Virus record (IMG/VR): IMGVR_UViG_3300047560_000767
Location: 6,356 to 70,355 of that record
Direction: 5' to 3' (one strand)
DNA length: 64,000 nt
From: a virus
Shown piece by piece: positions 9,052-19,404 of the stretch (position 1 is the stretch's first letter; every line of letters begins with the position of its first letter). Both the position numbers and the translations under genes were made by a program. The notes under the pieces were generated by a model. That model worked only from the letters and a program-made list of their open reading frames with translations, was not told where the DNA came from and did no database searches.

Positions 9052-12000
9052 TTATATCCTCCAATATAGTTGTTCCATCTTTTGTTTTTCCAAAAGTAAA
9101 ATTATATGCGTGTCCTTCTTCAATCTTCATGTATGCTTTGGCAAATGCTGTTGGAAATACTGTAACTGAATGTAGGTCACGAGACGTATCTGCAAGCGTT
9201 AATGTGCCCATCTTTTTACCAGCCTTTGTAATACGTGGCTTAAAAGATACAACAAACATTTCTTCATCTTTATATGGCAGCATTCTATAGTTTAAGAATT
9301 TAATCAGTGCATTGTCTGAGTTCTTAAGTTCGTCAGATGGAATTGCAGATACAATACGATTATCACTAGCAAGCAAAATATATGTTTTGCCTGGCTCAAT
9401 GGCAGTCTGCTCTTCATCAAAGATACCGATGCTACCAGTTTTATCCAAGACCTCAACACGAGACCAACCAGTGCCTCTCTTAATCCCCTTAATCATTCCC
9501 ATAAGAATGAACGATCCCTTTTCCTCAAACTCTTCAACATCGTTGATAAAAGCATGATAATGAGACGGAACGACTGTATTAAACTCTGGCAAACCAAGAT
9601 ACTCATAAAGATTCTCACGAATTTCATCATCATTACGTGGGTTATCTGGGAATGTAGCAGCACCCACGACACGAAGAGCCTGAAGTGCACGACTATTTAC
9701 ACCATTACCCTTACCAAAAGTAAACTCTTCTAATTCCTTGTAAGAGTTAAAAGGTCTTGCAGCCATATACTTTGATGCAATTTTATCTGAAATATACTTG
9801 ATTGCACTTAGACCAAATCGGATACCCTTACCTTCAATCTTAAAATCAATATCTGAGTCATTGATGTGTGGAAGTTTAATAGAGATACCCATACGCTTTG
9901 CTTCAATTAGATACTCTGTTCTTGCATCCTTATCTTTTTCATTCTTTAGAAGAGAATACATAAACTCAATTGGGTAGTGGTACTTTAACCATGCTGTCCA
10001 GTATGATAGTGTTGAGTATGCTACAGCGTGTGACTTGTTAAATGAGTACCCTGCGTGAGCCTCAAAGTCATGCCAAAGGTCTCTTGCAAGATTAGGGGAA
10101 ATAAATCTGGAAGCACCTGCAACGAACTGATCCTTGAACTGATCAAACTCCTTAGCGTCCTTCTTCTTACCAATAATCTTACGAACCTTGTCTGCCTCAG
10201 CCATTGTCATACCGCCAAGTTCCACACAGGCCTGCATAACTTGCTCCTGATACAAGATACAGCCATATGTTTCTTCTGTAAATGCTTTTAGAACTTGGTG
10301 TGTATAGCCAATATTTTGACGACCATGCTTGCGTTCAATGTAATCCTTACCGATTGTATTGGCAGCACCTGGACGAACTAGAGCATTAGATGCAGCAAGT
10401 TCTGCAAGATTCTTAACACCCATCTTAATTAGCAAATTTGTATATGGAGTTGCTTCACATTGGAACACACCCTTGGTATATCCATCAGAAAGCATCTGAT
10501 AAACATTCTTATCATCCATATCAATTTTTAGAAGATCTATCTTCTTTCCATCACGCTCTTCAATAATGTTGAGAGTATCTTTAAGGACACTAAGAGTCTT
10601 TAGGCCAAGTGCGTCAATCTTAATTAGACCGATGCGTTCTGCTTCTTCCATATCTACCGCTACAACAGGGATACGATCATCGCTTCCTGGAGAGGTTCGT
10701 GTTTCCATAGGTGCATATTTAAAGATAGGCTGCTTAGAGGTAACAACGCCAGCAGCGTGAATACCAGTACCACGGATACGACCACGAAGAAGTTCTCCAT
10801 ATTGTTCAACCTCTGGATACTTCTCACGGAACCAAACAGTAGTTCTAGAAGAACAATATTCGTCCCAAGTATCTACAGTCTTTAAGACTTTATTTACATC
10901 AGATAGTGGGATGTTCAATACACGTGCAATGTCACGAACGACTCCCTTATCTTTAAAAGATAGGAATGTAGCAATAGATGCAACGTGCTTATACTGACGA
11001 ACTAGATAATCCTTAACCTCTTCACGTCTTGAGTCCTGAATATCAGTATCAATATCTGGGAAGTCATTACGCTCTGGATTAATAAATCGGAAGAACAAAA
11101 GTCCATGCTTGATGGGATCAATATCCGTAATGCCTAGGGCATAGCAAAGTAATGAACCTGCTGCAGATCCACGACCAGGCCCTACCATGATGCCTTCCTT
11201 CTTTGCCCATGCAATCATAGAGCGTACTACAAGGAAGTAAGGACCAAAGTTCTTGTCGCCAATAACCTTTAACTCTTCTTCAAGACGATCAAAATATTCT
11301 TGTGTCTCAAGACCTCTGTCTTTCAAACCAGCAAGAGCAAGTTCACGCAACTCTTTATCTGGATCTTGATATTGTACTGGCAGTAGATCTAGATGATCTT
11401 TAATCTTATAGTCTTCAACCTTTTCGGCAATCTCTAAAGTATTAGAGTAGATATCTTCTCTATCGATACCCTGCTTTTCCATAGCAGACTTCATCTGCTC
11501 ATATGACAAAAGGTGAATATCAAATTTATTAAATGACATTTGACGGTCTGCACCATATAGGTAGTCTAGACGATCCATCATATTTTTATGCTTTAGAGAT
11601 TTTTCATAAGTTGCATCCTTTACAGTCTTATTACTGTAAGTGTTCATAATCAACTTTAACTCTTGAATTTCTTTTTGAGATTCATCAACATGGTGGCAGT
11701 CTGGTGTAACAACAGCCTTAATCTTGAATTCATCTGCAAGTTCAAGCAAAGTTTTATTTATCTCTGCCGAGTTATGTGGCATAACCTCTACATAGTAATC
11801 ATCAGCAAATACTCTCTTAAACCATTCTAGGTGCTTCTTTGCTGTTGCAAGTTCTCCGTGCTCAATCGCCTTAGCGAGAACACCGCTTGGACAGGCAGAA
11901 GTGACAATAAGTCCCTCAGAATACTTCTCAAGTACCTCAAAGTCAATTCTGGGCTTCTTAAAGAAGCCTTCTGTCCAAGCGATCTCGTTTAACTTGTTAA

Positions 12001-12316
12001 GGTTCTCCAGACCTTTTTTGTTCTTGGCAAGGATAATAATGTGGTTATAAACCATATCAAGTGGTTCAGTTCTATCGTTTTTATCACGCCTGTCAAAACG
12101 ATCATCACACATATATCCTTCAATGCCAAGAATAGGCTTAATACCCTTTGATCGTGCCTCACGATACATTTCACGATGCCCTGAAAGGGAACCATGATCT
12201 GTAATCGCTATTGCTGGCATCCCAAGTGAAAGTGCACGATCTACATACTCCTGTGGAGTCGCTATGCCATCGTATAATGAGTAGTGGGTATGGACGTGTA
12301 GGCCTACGTAATTCAT
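9044..12316 (-). CDS. dnaE: DNA polymerase III alpha subunit
   Basis: PHP domain LHVHTHYS and TDHG; GRGSAAGS; PDIDTD; HAAGV; YSFNKSH. Confidence 0.97.
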   Translation of the reverse strand: MNYVGLHVHTHYSLYDGIATPQEYVDRALSLGMPAIAITDHGSLSGHREMYREARSKGIKPILGIEGYMCDDRFDRRDKNDRTEPLDMVYNHIIILAKNKKGLENLNKLNEIAWTEGFFKKPRIDFEVLEKYSEGLIVTSACPSGVLAKAIEHGELATAKKHLEWFKRVFADDYYVEVMPHNSAEINKTLLELADEFKIKAVVTPDCHHVDESQKEIQELKLIMNTYSNKTVKDATYEKSLKHKNMMDRLDYLYGADRQMSFNKFDIHLLSYEQMKSAMEKQGIDREDIYSNTLEIAEKVEDYKIKDHLDLLPVQYQDPDKELRELALAGLKDRGLETQEYFDRLEEELKVIGDKNFGPYFLVVRSMIAWAKKEGIMVGPGRGSAAGSLLCYALGITDIDPIKHGLLFFRFINPERNDFPDIDTDIQDSRREEVKDYLVRQYKHVASIATFLSFKDKGVVRDIARVLNIPLSDVNKVLKTVDTWDEYCSSRTTVWFREKYPEVEQYGELLRGRIRGTGIHAAGVVTSKQPIFKYAPMETRTSPGSDDRIPVVAVDMEEAERIGLIKIDALGLKTLSVLKDTLNIIEERDGKKIDLLKIDMDDKNVYQMLSDGYTKGVFQCEATPYTNLLIKMGVKNLAELAASNALVRPGAANTIGKDYIERKHGRQNIGYTHQVLKAFTEETYGCILYQEQVMQACVELGGMTMAEADKVRKIIGKKKDAKEFDQFKDQFVAGASRFISPNLARDLWHDFEAHAGYSFNKSHAVAYSTLSYWTAWLKYHYPIEFMYSLLKNEKDKDARTEYLIEAKRMGISIKLPHINDSDIDFKIEGKGIRFGLSAIKYISDKIASKYMAARPFNSYKELEEFTFGKGNGVNSRALQALRVVGAATFPDNPRNDDEIRENLYEYLGLPEFNTVVPSHYHAFINDVEEFEEKGSFILMGMIKGIKRGTGWSRVEVLDKTGSIGIFDEEQTAIEPGKTYILLASDNRIVSAIPSDELKNSDNALIKFLNYRMLPYKDEEMFVVSFKPRITKAGKKMGTLTLADTSRDLHSVTVFPTAFAKAYMKIEEGHAYNFTFGKTKDGTTILEDINA

Positions 12317-12319
12317 CTA

Positions 12320-12976
12320 TTACCAGTCGATATTCGTACTAGTAACGGACGGAGTATCGAATCCAAAGTAGAATGCTTCCTGCTCTGGATATGGAACTTC
12401 ACGAACAACCTTTTCTAGGTTGTGGAATTCATGCTCTCCCCACTTAAATGGCTCTGAGTCTGGCTTGGTAGGAAGAAGGGTGTAGTTGGTTTCAGTTCCC
12501 TGACCATTACGCTTCAACTTCCACTCAAGATTAGAGATGGAACCAGTTTCAAGTGCGTATTCACGAATTGTGTTAAATGCAGACTGCTTAGAAATACCCT
12601 GAGACCATACGGCTACATATGGCTGGTCTTCAAGACCATCGTCTGCCAAAACATTGCAGTAGAAGCGAAGTCGTGCTCTCCAGCCAGACTTTGGCTCCTT
12701 CTTAGCCATTTCACAACCAAAGCAACGACCCTCTGATTCAATAGTACAAGCAGCCTTACGCTTGTAATCCTTTGGGTTAGTGTGCTCTGATACAACAACA
12801 GAGAGACCACGAGATTCATCATAGTGTGCTGAATCTTGATCTAGTTCCTCTATAAAACGAATTTTTGCAGACTGACCATCTGCCAACTTAAGCCAACGTA
12901 CCTTTTGTGCATTTGAATCAAACTTTGGCTTGTCCATCAATGCGTTGATGTCTTTAAGACCTTTAATTACGCTCAT
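12320..12976 (-). CDS. single-stranded DNA-binding protein (gp32-like)
   Basis: KIRF, H..C..CxxC zinc ligands, KRNGQGTETNY, acidic C-terminus ending IDW; between primase and polymerase. Confidence 0.7.
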   Translation of the reverse strand: MSVIKGLKDINALMDKPKFDSNAQKVRWLKLADGQSAKIRFIEELDQDSAHYDESRGLSVVVSEHTNPKDYKRKAACTIESEGRCFGCEMAKKEPKSGWRARLRFYCNVLADDGLEDQPYVAVWSQGISKQSAFNTIREYALETGSISNLEWKLKRNGQGTETNYTLLPTKPDSEPFKWGEHEFHNLEKVVREVPYPEQEAFYFGFDTPSVTSTNIDW

Positions 12977-12991
12977 TTTTTCTCCTTTAGT

Positions 12992-13936
12992 TTATTGTAG
13001 CATAGACAATATTGACTTGTCAAACCGATATTCAAGGTTTTTTATTGACGTGTCATCCATGTCGCCTATATCTTTGTACTGCTTTTCAATTGTAATCACG
13101 CTAACACGAGATCCAAGTTTCTCTAGAATCCGTTCTCTCATGTTACCGCCTGCTTCATCATTATCCGCAATAACTATTATATCATTGAAGTATTTTTGAA
13201 GCAAGTCTATTTGTTGTCCAGATACGTTTGCACCTAGTGTTGCTACCGCTGCAAAGCCAACCTGGTCCAGTCTAATTGCATCGAAGGATGATTCAACCAC
13301 ATATACCTTGCTAGATGCCTTAACTCTGTGTAGATTAAATAAAGTTTTAGATTTTGGAAGCCCTGGAGTATTTTTAAATTCTTTTCCTTCTACTGAGCGA
13401 CCAACAAATCCAACACACATTCCATCTGGAGAGTGAACTGGAATTGTAACCATATCTTGTTTTTCAGAATAACCAAGTTGAAACTTATCTATAGAACTAT
13501 CTGAAATATGTCTTTTATGAAAATATCCAGTTGCACGTTGTGATGACTTTGACTGGTTATATAAATTTAAAATAAGGTTTTTGTCAAACTCCACAAAGTC
13601 TGGCTTTTTATAAAGTTGTTTATTAACATCTTTTTCAATATCAGATTCAGTTGCTTTGCTATGAATATATCTAACAGCCTCAAAATATTTTCTTGATGAC
13701 ATATGCATTACCAATTCAATAAGGTCACATACCTTATGACAAGAAAAGCAAAAAAATGTACCGTTATTTTTGTCTACTTCACCTGCTGGAGTTCGGTTAT
13801 TATTATGGAATGGGCAAAAGATAATATAGTCAGAATCTACTTCATTCTCAACAGTTACGCCTGCACCTGTGAGGACTCTTTTGATCTGTGTGGCTGTGTA
13901 GATATTGCCACTGTTCCGTCTATTCCTGTTATCCAT
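12992..13936 (-). CDS. dnaG: DNA primase
   Basis: CPFH...CFSC zinc finger; TOPRIM VVES.FD and DNDEAG. Confidence 0.92.
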   Translation of the reverse strand: MDNRNRRNSGNIYTATQIKRVLTGAGVTVENEVDSDYIIFCPFHNNNRTPAGEVDKNNGTFFCFSCHKVCDLIELVMHMSSRKYFEAVRYIHSKATESDIEKDVNKQLYKKPDFVEFDKNLILNLYNQSKSSQRATGYFHKRHISDSSIDKFQLGYSEKQDMVTIPVHSPDGMCVGFVGRSVEGKEFKNTPGLPKSKTLFNLHRVKASSKVYVVESSFDAIRLDQVGFAAVATLGANVSGQQIDLLQKYFNDIIVIADNDEAGGNMRERILEKLGSRVSVITIEKQYKDIGDMDDTSIKNLEYRFDKSILSMLQ

Positions 13937-14181
13937 TTGCTCTGTTTTCTTCCTACGTATACTCCATGTAATGTTAATTCAAATTCAAATAATTGTTTGT
14001 GTGGGTTATAGTCTAGCGTAAAGTCTGGGTCTATGTCAAGTCTAGGCACATATCCAGCAATACGCATCTCAGTCTTAAGTAATCTAATATACTCCTCACG
14101 AAGGCGACCAATGGCTGATTCATCGTGGATTGTTCCACTTAAATTGAATCTTTTGATTGGTCTGTGATGAAAGTGCTTCAT
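13855..14181 (-). CDS. hypothetical protein
   Basis: ORF with TATAAT 7 nt upstream of the ATG. Confidence 0.6.
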   Translation of the reverse strand: MKHFHHRPIKRFNLSGTIHDESAIGRLREEYIRLLKTEMRIAGYVPRLDIDPDFTLDYNPHKQLFEFELTLHGVYVGRKQSKWITGIDGTVAISTQPHRSKESSQVQA

Positions 14182-14201
14182 ACAGACTATTATACTGTCT
14201 A

Positions 14202-15428
14202 TTATGCACTTTGATCCTCATAGTCCTTATACTTGTACCAACCCTTATCAAAGTCTGCTTGTACTAAAAACTCTCCCATAAAACCATTACGGTTCTTACG
14301 GAATACGCATTCAATGATATCTGAATTTGTACCACGACCTAAAGCGAGTACCCAGTCAGCATCATATGCGATCTGACGAGACCATGCAGTCTGTCCCAAT
14401 GTAGGAACAGTATCCAACTTAGTAACATCATCTGGAGTAGCAGAAGAGATAGCAATAATCGGAACCTCTTCACCAATAGCCATGAGTTTAAGTTCTCGTG
14501 AAAGGTTCTTCATACGAACCGTTTCGTTATCTGACTTTTGATTTGGAGACATCAACTGCAAGTAGTCAACAATAACAAAGTCTGGCTTATATTGATCAAT
14601 CTTTCCACGCAATACAGATGGGGTAATATCTCCACCAGTATCATTAGAGATAATGTGGAACTCTGGCTTACCAGCAAGGTTCTTTTGATGCCACGACTTC
14701 AATGTATCAATTTCAACCTGTCCAGAAGACAATTTACGGTGTGACCAAAGACCTTCACCCATAATAGTAAATACACGGTTACGAACTTCTGTCTCACTCA
14801 TCTCAAGGGAGATTACTAGTGGTGACTTTCCCTGCTTCCAAGCCTGTACCGCAAAGTATAGAGATAGCCATGACTTACCAATACCTGGATAGGCTAGGAA
14901 TACACCAAGTTGTCCTGGCATAATTCCAGCAGGAAGATAGTTATCAAATCCTGGAAGACCAGTTTTGATACCAGCAATGCCTAGTTCTGCCTGCTTCTTT
15001 ACATTTTCATAATAGGCTACAGCAGATTCAATATCCGTAACATCGATATCACGGATCACCGCTGTATTCTTTTTAAGTTCAGATGTCTTGGCAATAAGTT
15101 GTTCTAGGGCATCTATCCCCTTATCTGCCTGAACATCTGCTGCTGCAGTACGAATAATATCCTTAAGGCTATCAGTCAGATACTCAGCCTGCAATTCTTC
15201 AAGGTGATGCTTAGTAGAGCCAACACCACTTGCAATGTTGAAGTCTCTAAACTTTTCCATAACAAGTGATGCTGGTGGTACAACAGAGTTTGCCTCAAAA
15301 TACCTGCGGATAAAAGCCCAGATATCATTATGAGTTCTTAGAATGTTATCTACGTTAGCCTGAAGCAGTACATGGATTTGCTTATCTTCTAAAACAGCAG
15401 AGATTAATTTCTCTTCAATACTATTCAC
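14202..15428 (-). CDS. dnaB: DnaB-like replicative helicase
   Basis: AYPGIGKS, SLEM, VDYLQLM, DAD, KNRNG. Confidence 0.93.
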   Translation of the reverse strand: MNSIEEKLISAVLEDKQIHVLLQANVDNILRTHNDIWAFIRRYFEANSVVPPASLVMEKFRDFNIASGVGSTKHHLEELQAEYLTDSLKDIIRTAAADVQADKGIDALEQLIAKTSELKKNTAVIRDIDVTDIESAVAYYENVKKQAELGIAGIKTGLPGFDNYLPAGIMPGQLGVFLAYPGIGKSWLSLYFAVQAWKQGKSPLVISLEMSETEVRNRVFTIMGEGLWSHRKLSSGQVEIDTLKSWHQKNLAGKPEFHIISNDTGGDITPSVLRGKIDQYKPDFVIVDYLQLMSPNQKSDNETVRMKNLSRELKLMAIGEEVPIIAISSATPDDVTKLDTVPTLGQTAWSRQIAYDADWVLALGRGTNSDIIECVFRKNRNGFMGEFLVQADFDKGWYKYKDYEDQSA

Positions 15429-15729
15429 TTAACCATTTCCTCGCTAACTTTCGTCTCTCTAGTCTCTCTTGTGCATCATCTTCTAATAGTGTTCTCTTAT
15501 TAATTATATCATCTGCGTAATTAGCAAAATATTTCCATGATGGATTTTGTGCCACACTAAAATAATAATCTAATAAATCGTAGCATTTTGGCAAAGAGTA
15601 GGACTCAACCAAAGCGTCTGCAGCCCATTGCTCAACATTTAGGTTAAGCATTGGCTTTTGCTCATATCTTTGCGTATGTAACTTGCTATAACGACTAAGC
15701 AAAGCCATACGGTCTTTGCGTTCAGCCAT
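15421..15729 (-). CDS. hypothetical protein (possible helicase loader)
   Basis: ORF overlapping the helicase start. Confidence 0.55.
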   Translation of the reverse strand: MAERKDRMALLSRYSKLHTQRYEQKPMLNLNVEQWAADALVESYSLPKCYDLLDYYFSVAQNPSWKYFANYADDIINKRTLLEDDAQERLERRKLARKWLSE

Positions 15730-15730
15730 T

Positions 15731-15934
15731 TTATTCCTCGTTTAGTTCAGACTTGGCTTCTGCAATTTTTGCAGACAACTTATCTTCAACGAACTTGTAT
15801 ACACGCTCAAAAGCCTGATCGGTGTTCTCTCCGTCACGCTTAGAGTCTACGACACCAAGGTCTAGACGTAGCGACTGGAAATTTCCCAAATTTAGCGTGT
15901 AGCCAAGTGTAACTGATACCTTTGTATCTTCCAT
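15731..15934 (-). CDS. conserved phage protein
   Basis: GYTLNLGNFQSLRLD motif; operon context. Confidence 0.65.
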   Translation of the reverse strand: MEDTKVSVTLGYTLNLGNFQSLRLDLGVVDSKRDGENTDQAFERVYKFVEDKLSAKIAEAKSELNEE

Positions 15935-15949
15935 TTCATACCCTATCTA

Positions 15950-16492
15950 TTAAATTGACTCCGACCAAACGGGAACAAACCGTCCGTCTTCAGTCCTTAC
16001 ATATGTAAGTATACCATCACCCATACGTCTTGTCAACTCTGCCTGGGTGGGAGTTATATCATTTGTTATTAATTTATCTTTACGTGGTCTACCAATATGG
16101 TAGGTAGCCAGTATATCACGAATCTCTCTAACTTGCGACTCTGAATAATAACTTCTTACCTGCCAACCTCTAGCACCACCCTTTTGCGATCCAGTTGGAA
16201 AGGGGATTACACCACGCTTCATTAACGATGGCATATATTTTTTATGTCTATTAATTAATTCTGCGGTCTCTCCAACAGTATATGCACGCTCACGTTTCTT
16301 TTTAAAATCAGAAATCAAACAACTTTCTATCTGATCTTTTGTAATATTATAAACTGACATAATGCCATTAGATCTATTTATATGATGTACCCTAACTAGG
16401 TCACCGTTTAAAAACCAAACTTTTTTATTTCCAGATATTACAGGGGCGTGATTGTAGCCTTCGACCTCTGGATTTCCTTTTTTAGCAGCCAT
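15950..16492 (-). CDS. MerR-like HTH DNA-binding protein
   Basis: YTVGETAELINR...GVIP...RSYYSE. Confidence 0.65.
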   Translation of the reverse strand: MAAKKGNPEVEGYNHAPVISGNKKVWFLNGDLVRVHHINRSNGIMSVYNITKDQIESCLISDFKKKRERAYTVGETAELINRHKKYMPSLMKRGVIPFPTGSQKGGARGWQVRSYYSESQVREIRDILATYHIGRPRKDKLITNDITPTQAELTRRMGDGILTYVRTEDGRFVPVWSESI

Positions 16493-16629
16493 AGCCCCTC
16501 ATTCGATTCTTGTGGTGGATGAAAAAATTTTCTAGAACCACAAGTCATACAATAAATCTCAAGATGACCAACAGAGTTGTATTGTCTATCAACAAACATT
16601 CTATTGGCACATTTTTTGCATTTTAGCAC
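16438..16629 (-). CDS. zinc-ribbon protein
   Basis: CKKC..RMFVD...CMTCG. Confidence 0.65.
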   Translation of the reverse strand: MLKCKKCANRMFVDRQYNSVGHLEIYCMTCGSRKFFHPPQESNEGLWLLKKEIQRSKATITPL

Positions 16630-17072
16630 TACTGCGGAATACCGACAATAACAAAGTTGACAGCGGTTGAAACACTTCCAGTAGCATTAAATGTTACAGT
16701 AAAATCTACCTTAGAAGTAGTGATTGCTGTCAAAACAACGGATACATTTTTTCCAGCATTTGATCCGCCAATATTAATAGGAGATGCTGTAACAACTGGA
16801 ACATACTTAAAGTCAGTGCCAAACTCATATGTTCTGCTTACCTGATCTCCATTATTATATGTTGCATTATTTGCAACTACTTGATACCCGCCAATAATTC
16901 TTGCCTCTGAAGCCTTAACGCTTTGCTTTCCAAGGTTTGGGGTATCAATAGTGACATATTTATTAATTGAAGGGGAAACCTGAGTAGACAAATCGTTAAC
17001 TGCGTTAGCAAGTTCGTATAGGTAGGCCACATCTAGTGGTTGGCCTCGTTCTGGTAATGGTATTTTAGACAT
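16629..17072 (-). CDS. putative tail-tip protein (lectin-like beta C-terminus)
   Basis: F...F..VPVVTAS...VNFVIVG pattern; end of the tail cluster. Confidence 0.55.
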   Translation of the reverse strand: MSKIPLPERGQPLDVAYLYELANAVNDLSTQVSPSINKYVTIDTPNLGKQSVKASEARIIGGYQVVANNATYNNGDQVSRTYEFGTDFKYVPVVTASPINIGGSNAGKNVSVVLTAITTSKVDFTVTFNATGSVSTAVNFVIVGIPQ

Positions 17073-17087
17073 AATTCCTCCTATATA

Positions 17088-17525
17088 TTATACCACTAAG
17101 TCGATGGTATCTGTAACAAAAATGTTTGAATTATCATATTGCTGCCTTGGAAAAGAAGAAACCTGAACGGAAAATTTTACAGATGTTTTCCCAGCCTTTT
17201 TCATTGTAACCAAAGAGTTAGTACTGGTTGTTGTTAAAAATTCCCAGGCTCCAGAGTCCCAAGAAACAAAAACATCATAACTAGAAATATGATCCAAAAG
17301 ATTCCAGACCAAAGTTATGACATTTTTATCTGGTGACGTTGAAGCAGAATATTGAACCTGAGTAATTGCATTAGAAGATATTTCATGTTGTGGTGACCAG
17401 TGAGATGTTCTATTTTTATCATCAGATATAAATCTATATCTAATAATATAAGAAGAGTTTGGACCAAACAATGATGGCAGACTTGCCTTGGGAATTGTTA
17501 TTTTCTTAATTCCTACATCTGCCAC
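17088..17525 (-). CDS. putative minor tail protein (FN3-like)
   Basis: YRF...NRTSHWSP; LVW...YDV. Confidence 0.55.
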   Translation of the reverse strand: MADVGIKKITIPKASLPSLFGPNSSYIIRYRFISDDKNRTSHWSPQHEISSNAITQVQYSASTSPDKNVITLVWNLLDHISSYDVFVSWDSGAWEFLTTTSTNSLVTMKKAGKTSVKFSVQVSSFPRQQYDNSNIFVTDTIDLVV

Positions 17526-18859
17526 TATAACACATCCATAGCAAATCTAAACTCAATAAAGTTTGTAGTATTTGATGCTTTAACAATTGTTTCTGCACCT
17601 TGCGTTTTAACAACAGTGTATCCAGTCAAACCATAAACAGGGCTTACTGATCCAATGTTCTCAAATCTAATTGCATCAAGACCTACATAAAAATCTGATG
17701 ATGGTGAACTTTCTCCATCAAATACTGATGCATAAATTGTAATAACATCGACGTTGTTCCAAGTAAAACCAGTGCTTTTATACAGTTCTTGCAACTGTTT
17801 TGAAGAAACTATGTATCTATTGTTAGCAAGATCATGATCTTCTGCTGTGGCAATGACCTCAAATCTTGCCCACTCTCCTTGATTATGAATATCACTAGAA
17901 GAAAATTCAACCAAAATTCTTACTTCTTCTGGAACATAAGAACTACTATAATGTTTATTAATTACAGAAAAAGCAATTTTCATTTCATCAATTGGTGAAT
18001 TTTTATTAAAGTCAAGATTAATTCCAGTGAAGTGAATGTGATCCGAACCAGAACCAACTGTTAATCTTCCATCTTGGTCTTTTTGTAAATTAGAAGTATC
18101 TCCACGCATCATTACAATATTATTGAAAAATCTTGCACGTTCATATCTACCAATTCTATACTGGTTTGTAAATAATCTGTTATCTGAGTTTGTCTGAAAA
18201 ACTTTGCCATCTTGTGCAATGATATTATCATTATTTGCACCATCTAATGGAGCATAGGTAATTGGGATTGCTACAGAAGATGTATTAGAGTGATATTCCC
18301 AGTTCTCTTCGGTTGTAAAAGCAAACAGCGTACGACTATCATATGCTCCTGCGATTGGATTAGATCCACCAGAATAGACCCCAACCTCCGAAATTTCATA
18401 TCTTTCATTTGTTGGCAATTCAGCAGTAAAAACTAATTTAGAAGATGTGCCATCATTAACGAATCCTTTAGATGTAATGGGAACACGGAACATCTCAAAA
18501 TCAAGAGCAGTCTGACTTGAATAATCGTAGTATGCTAACCCATTCGGAGTCACTGCAGTTGTGTTAAATGTATCACCAGAATATACAATAGATACCTTAT
18601 CGCCATCTACAGACATAACCGTATGTTTACCATTAAAACGCTTATCTACATCTTTAAAATATATTGCCTGGCCCGCAGTAAAATTATGCCCTGGAATAGT
18701 CAATTGAGCCATTGAGCCAGTTGACTTTTTATTAGTGACACTAAAATGTAATGATGATAGGGGCTTTGGGCCACACCCAATAGCAATATATGAGGCATAT
18801 GATGGTGCCTGACCAATTAGGTACTTTGCTAAAATTTCTTTACCAGTATTTGTAATCAT
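17525..18859 (-). CDS. minor tail / baseplate protein
   Basis: MITNTGK...YIAIGCG...ISEVGVY N-terminus typical of tail proteins. Confidence 0.65.
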   Translation of the reverse strand: MITNTGKEILAKYLIGQAPSYASYIAIGCGPKPLSSLHFSVTNKKSTGSMAQLTIPGHNFTAGQAIYFKDVDKRFNGKHTVMSVDGDKVSIVYSGDTFNTTAVTPNGLAYYDYSSQTALDFEMFRVPITSKGFVNDGTSSKLVFTAELPTNERYEISEVGVYSGGSNPIAGAYDSRTLFAFTTEENWEYHSNTSSVAIPITYAPLDGANNDNIIAQDGKVFQTNSDNRLFTNQYRIGRYERARFFNNIVMMRGDTSNLQKDQDGRLTVGSGSDHIHFTGINLDFNKNSPIDEMKIAFSVINKHYSSSYVPEEVRILVEFSSSDIHNQGEWARFEVIATAEDHDLANNRYIVSSKQLQELYKSTGFTWNNVDVITIYASVFDGESSPSSDFYVGLDAIRFENIGSVSPVYGLTGYTVVKTQGAETIVKASNTTNFIEFRFAMDVL

Positions 18860-19404
18860 GTATTCTCCACTCCATATATTGTATCATTATTAATGGTTCC
18901 AGATGTTAGGATTTGAACCTCTACCTGCTCATCTGAGGCAGTATTAATAACATTGATAATAAGGTCTCCAGTTTCTGGATCAATATAAACTATCTTGCAG
19001 TTTGGTATATCTGTGTAGTCAAACTTGTCTATTGCATAATTTGGTCCGTATGTTCTAGAATACCCAGTTCCACAGACTGGAACACGATGATTAAATGAAA
19101 TAGGGAATTGTTTAAAATATGATTCATCAGTCTCTTGTAATTTTAAGATATTCTGTGGGCTATATTGAAAATCTAAATATGTAAGATTTTTGATTGGTTG
19201 ATAAATTACAGTTTGTCCATTGACAGTATCGTGTCTTGCTATGTTAATTAGTTCTTGACCACCAATGTTTTCAAAGACAAGATCTGACATTAATTCAATA
19301 GGAACAGCATCTTCGTTAAATAAGATTATATCCTTTTTAGCAATTAATACATCATTGGCAGTTGTATTAGTTGTTGATGGAGTAGATGGGGTTGCATCAG
19401 CCAT
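18856..19404 (-). CDS. minor tail protein
   Basis: Coupled ORF in the tail-tip cluster. Confidence 0.55.
   Translation of the reverse strand: MADATPSTPSTTNTTANDVLIAKKDIILFNEDAVPIELMSDLVFENIGGQELINIARHDTVNGQTVIYQPIKNLTYLDFQYSPQNILKLQETDESYFKQFPISFNHRVPVCGTGYSRTYGPNYAIDKFDYTDIPNCKIVYIDPETGDLIINVINTASDEQVEVQILTSGTINNDTIYGVENT

Noticed and set aside
9044-15428. Inteins or introns in DnaE, DnaB (also terminase, RecA and RNR)
   Set aside because: Protein lengths are normal and catalytic motifs are contiguous
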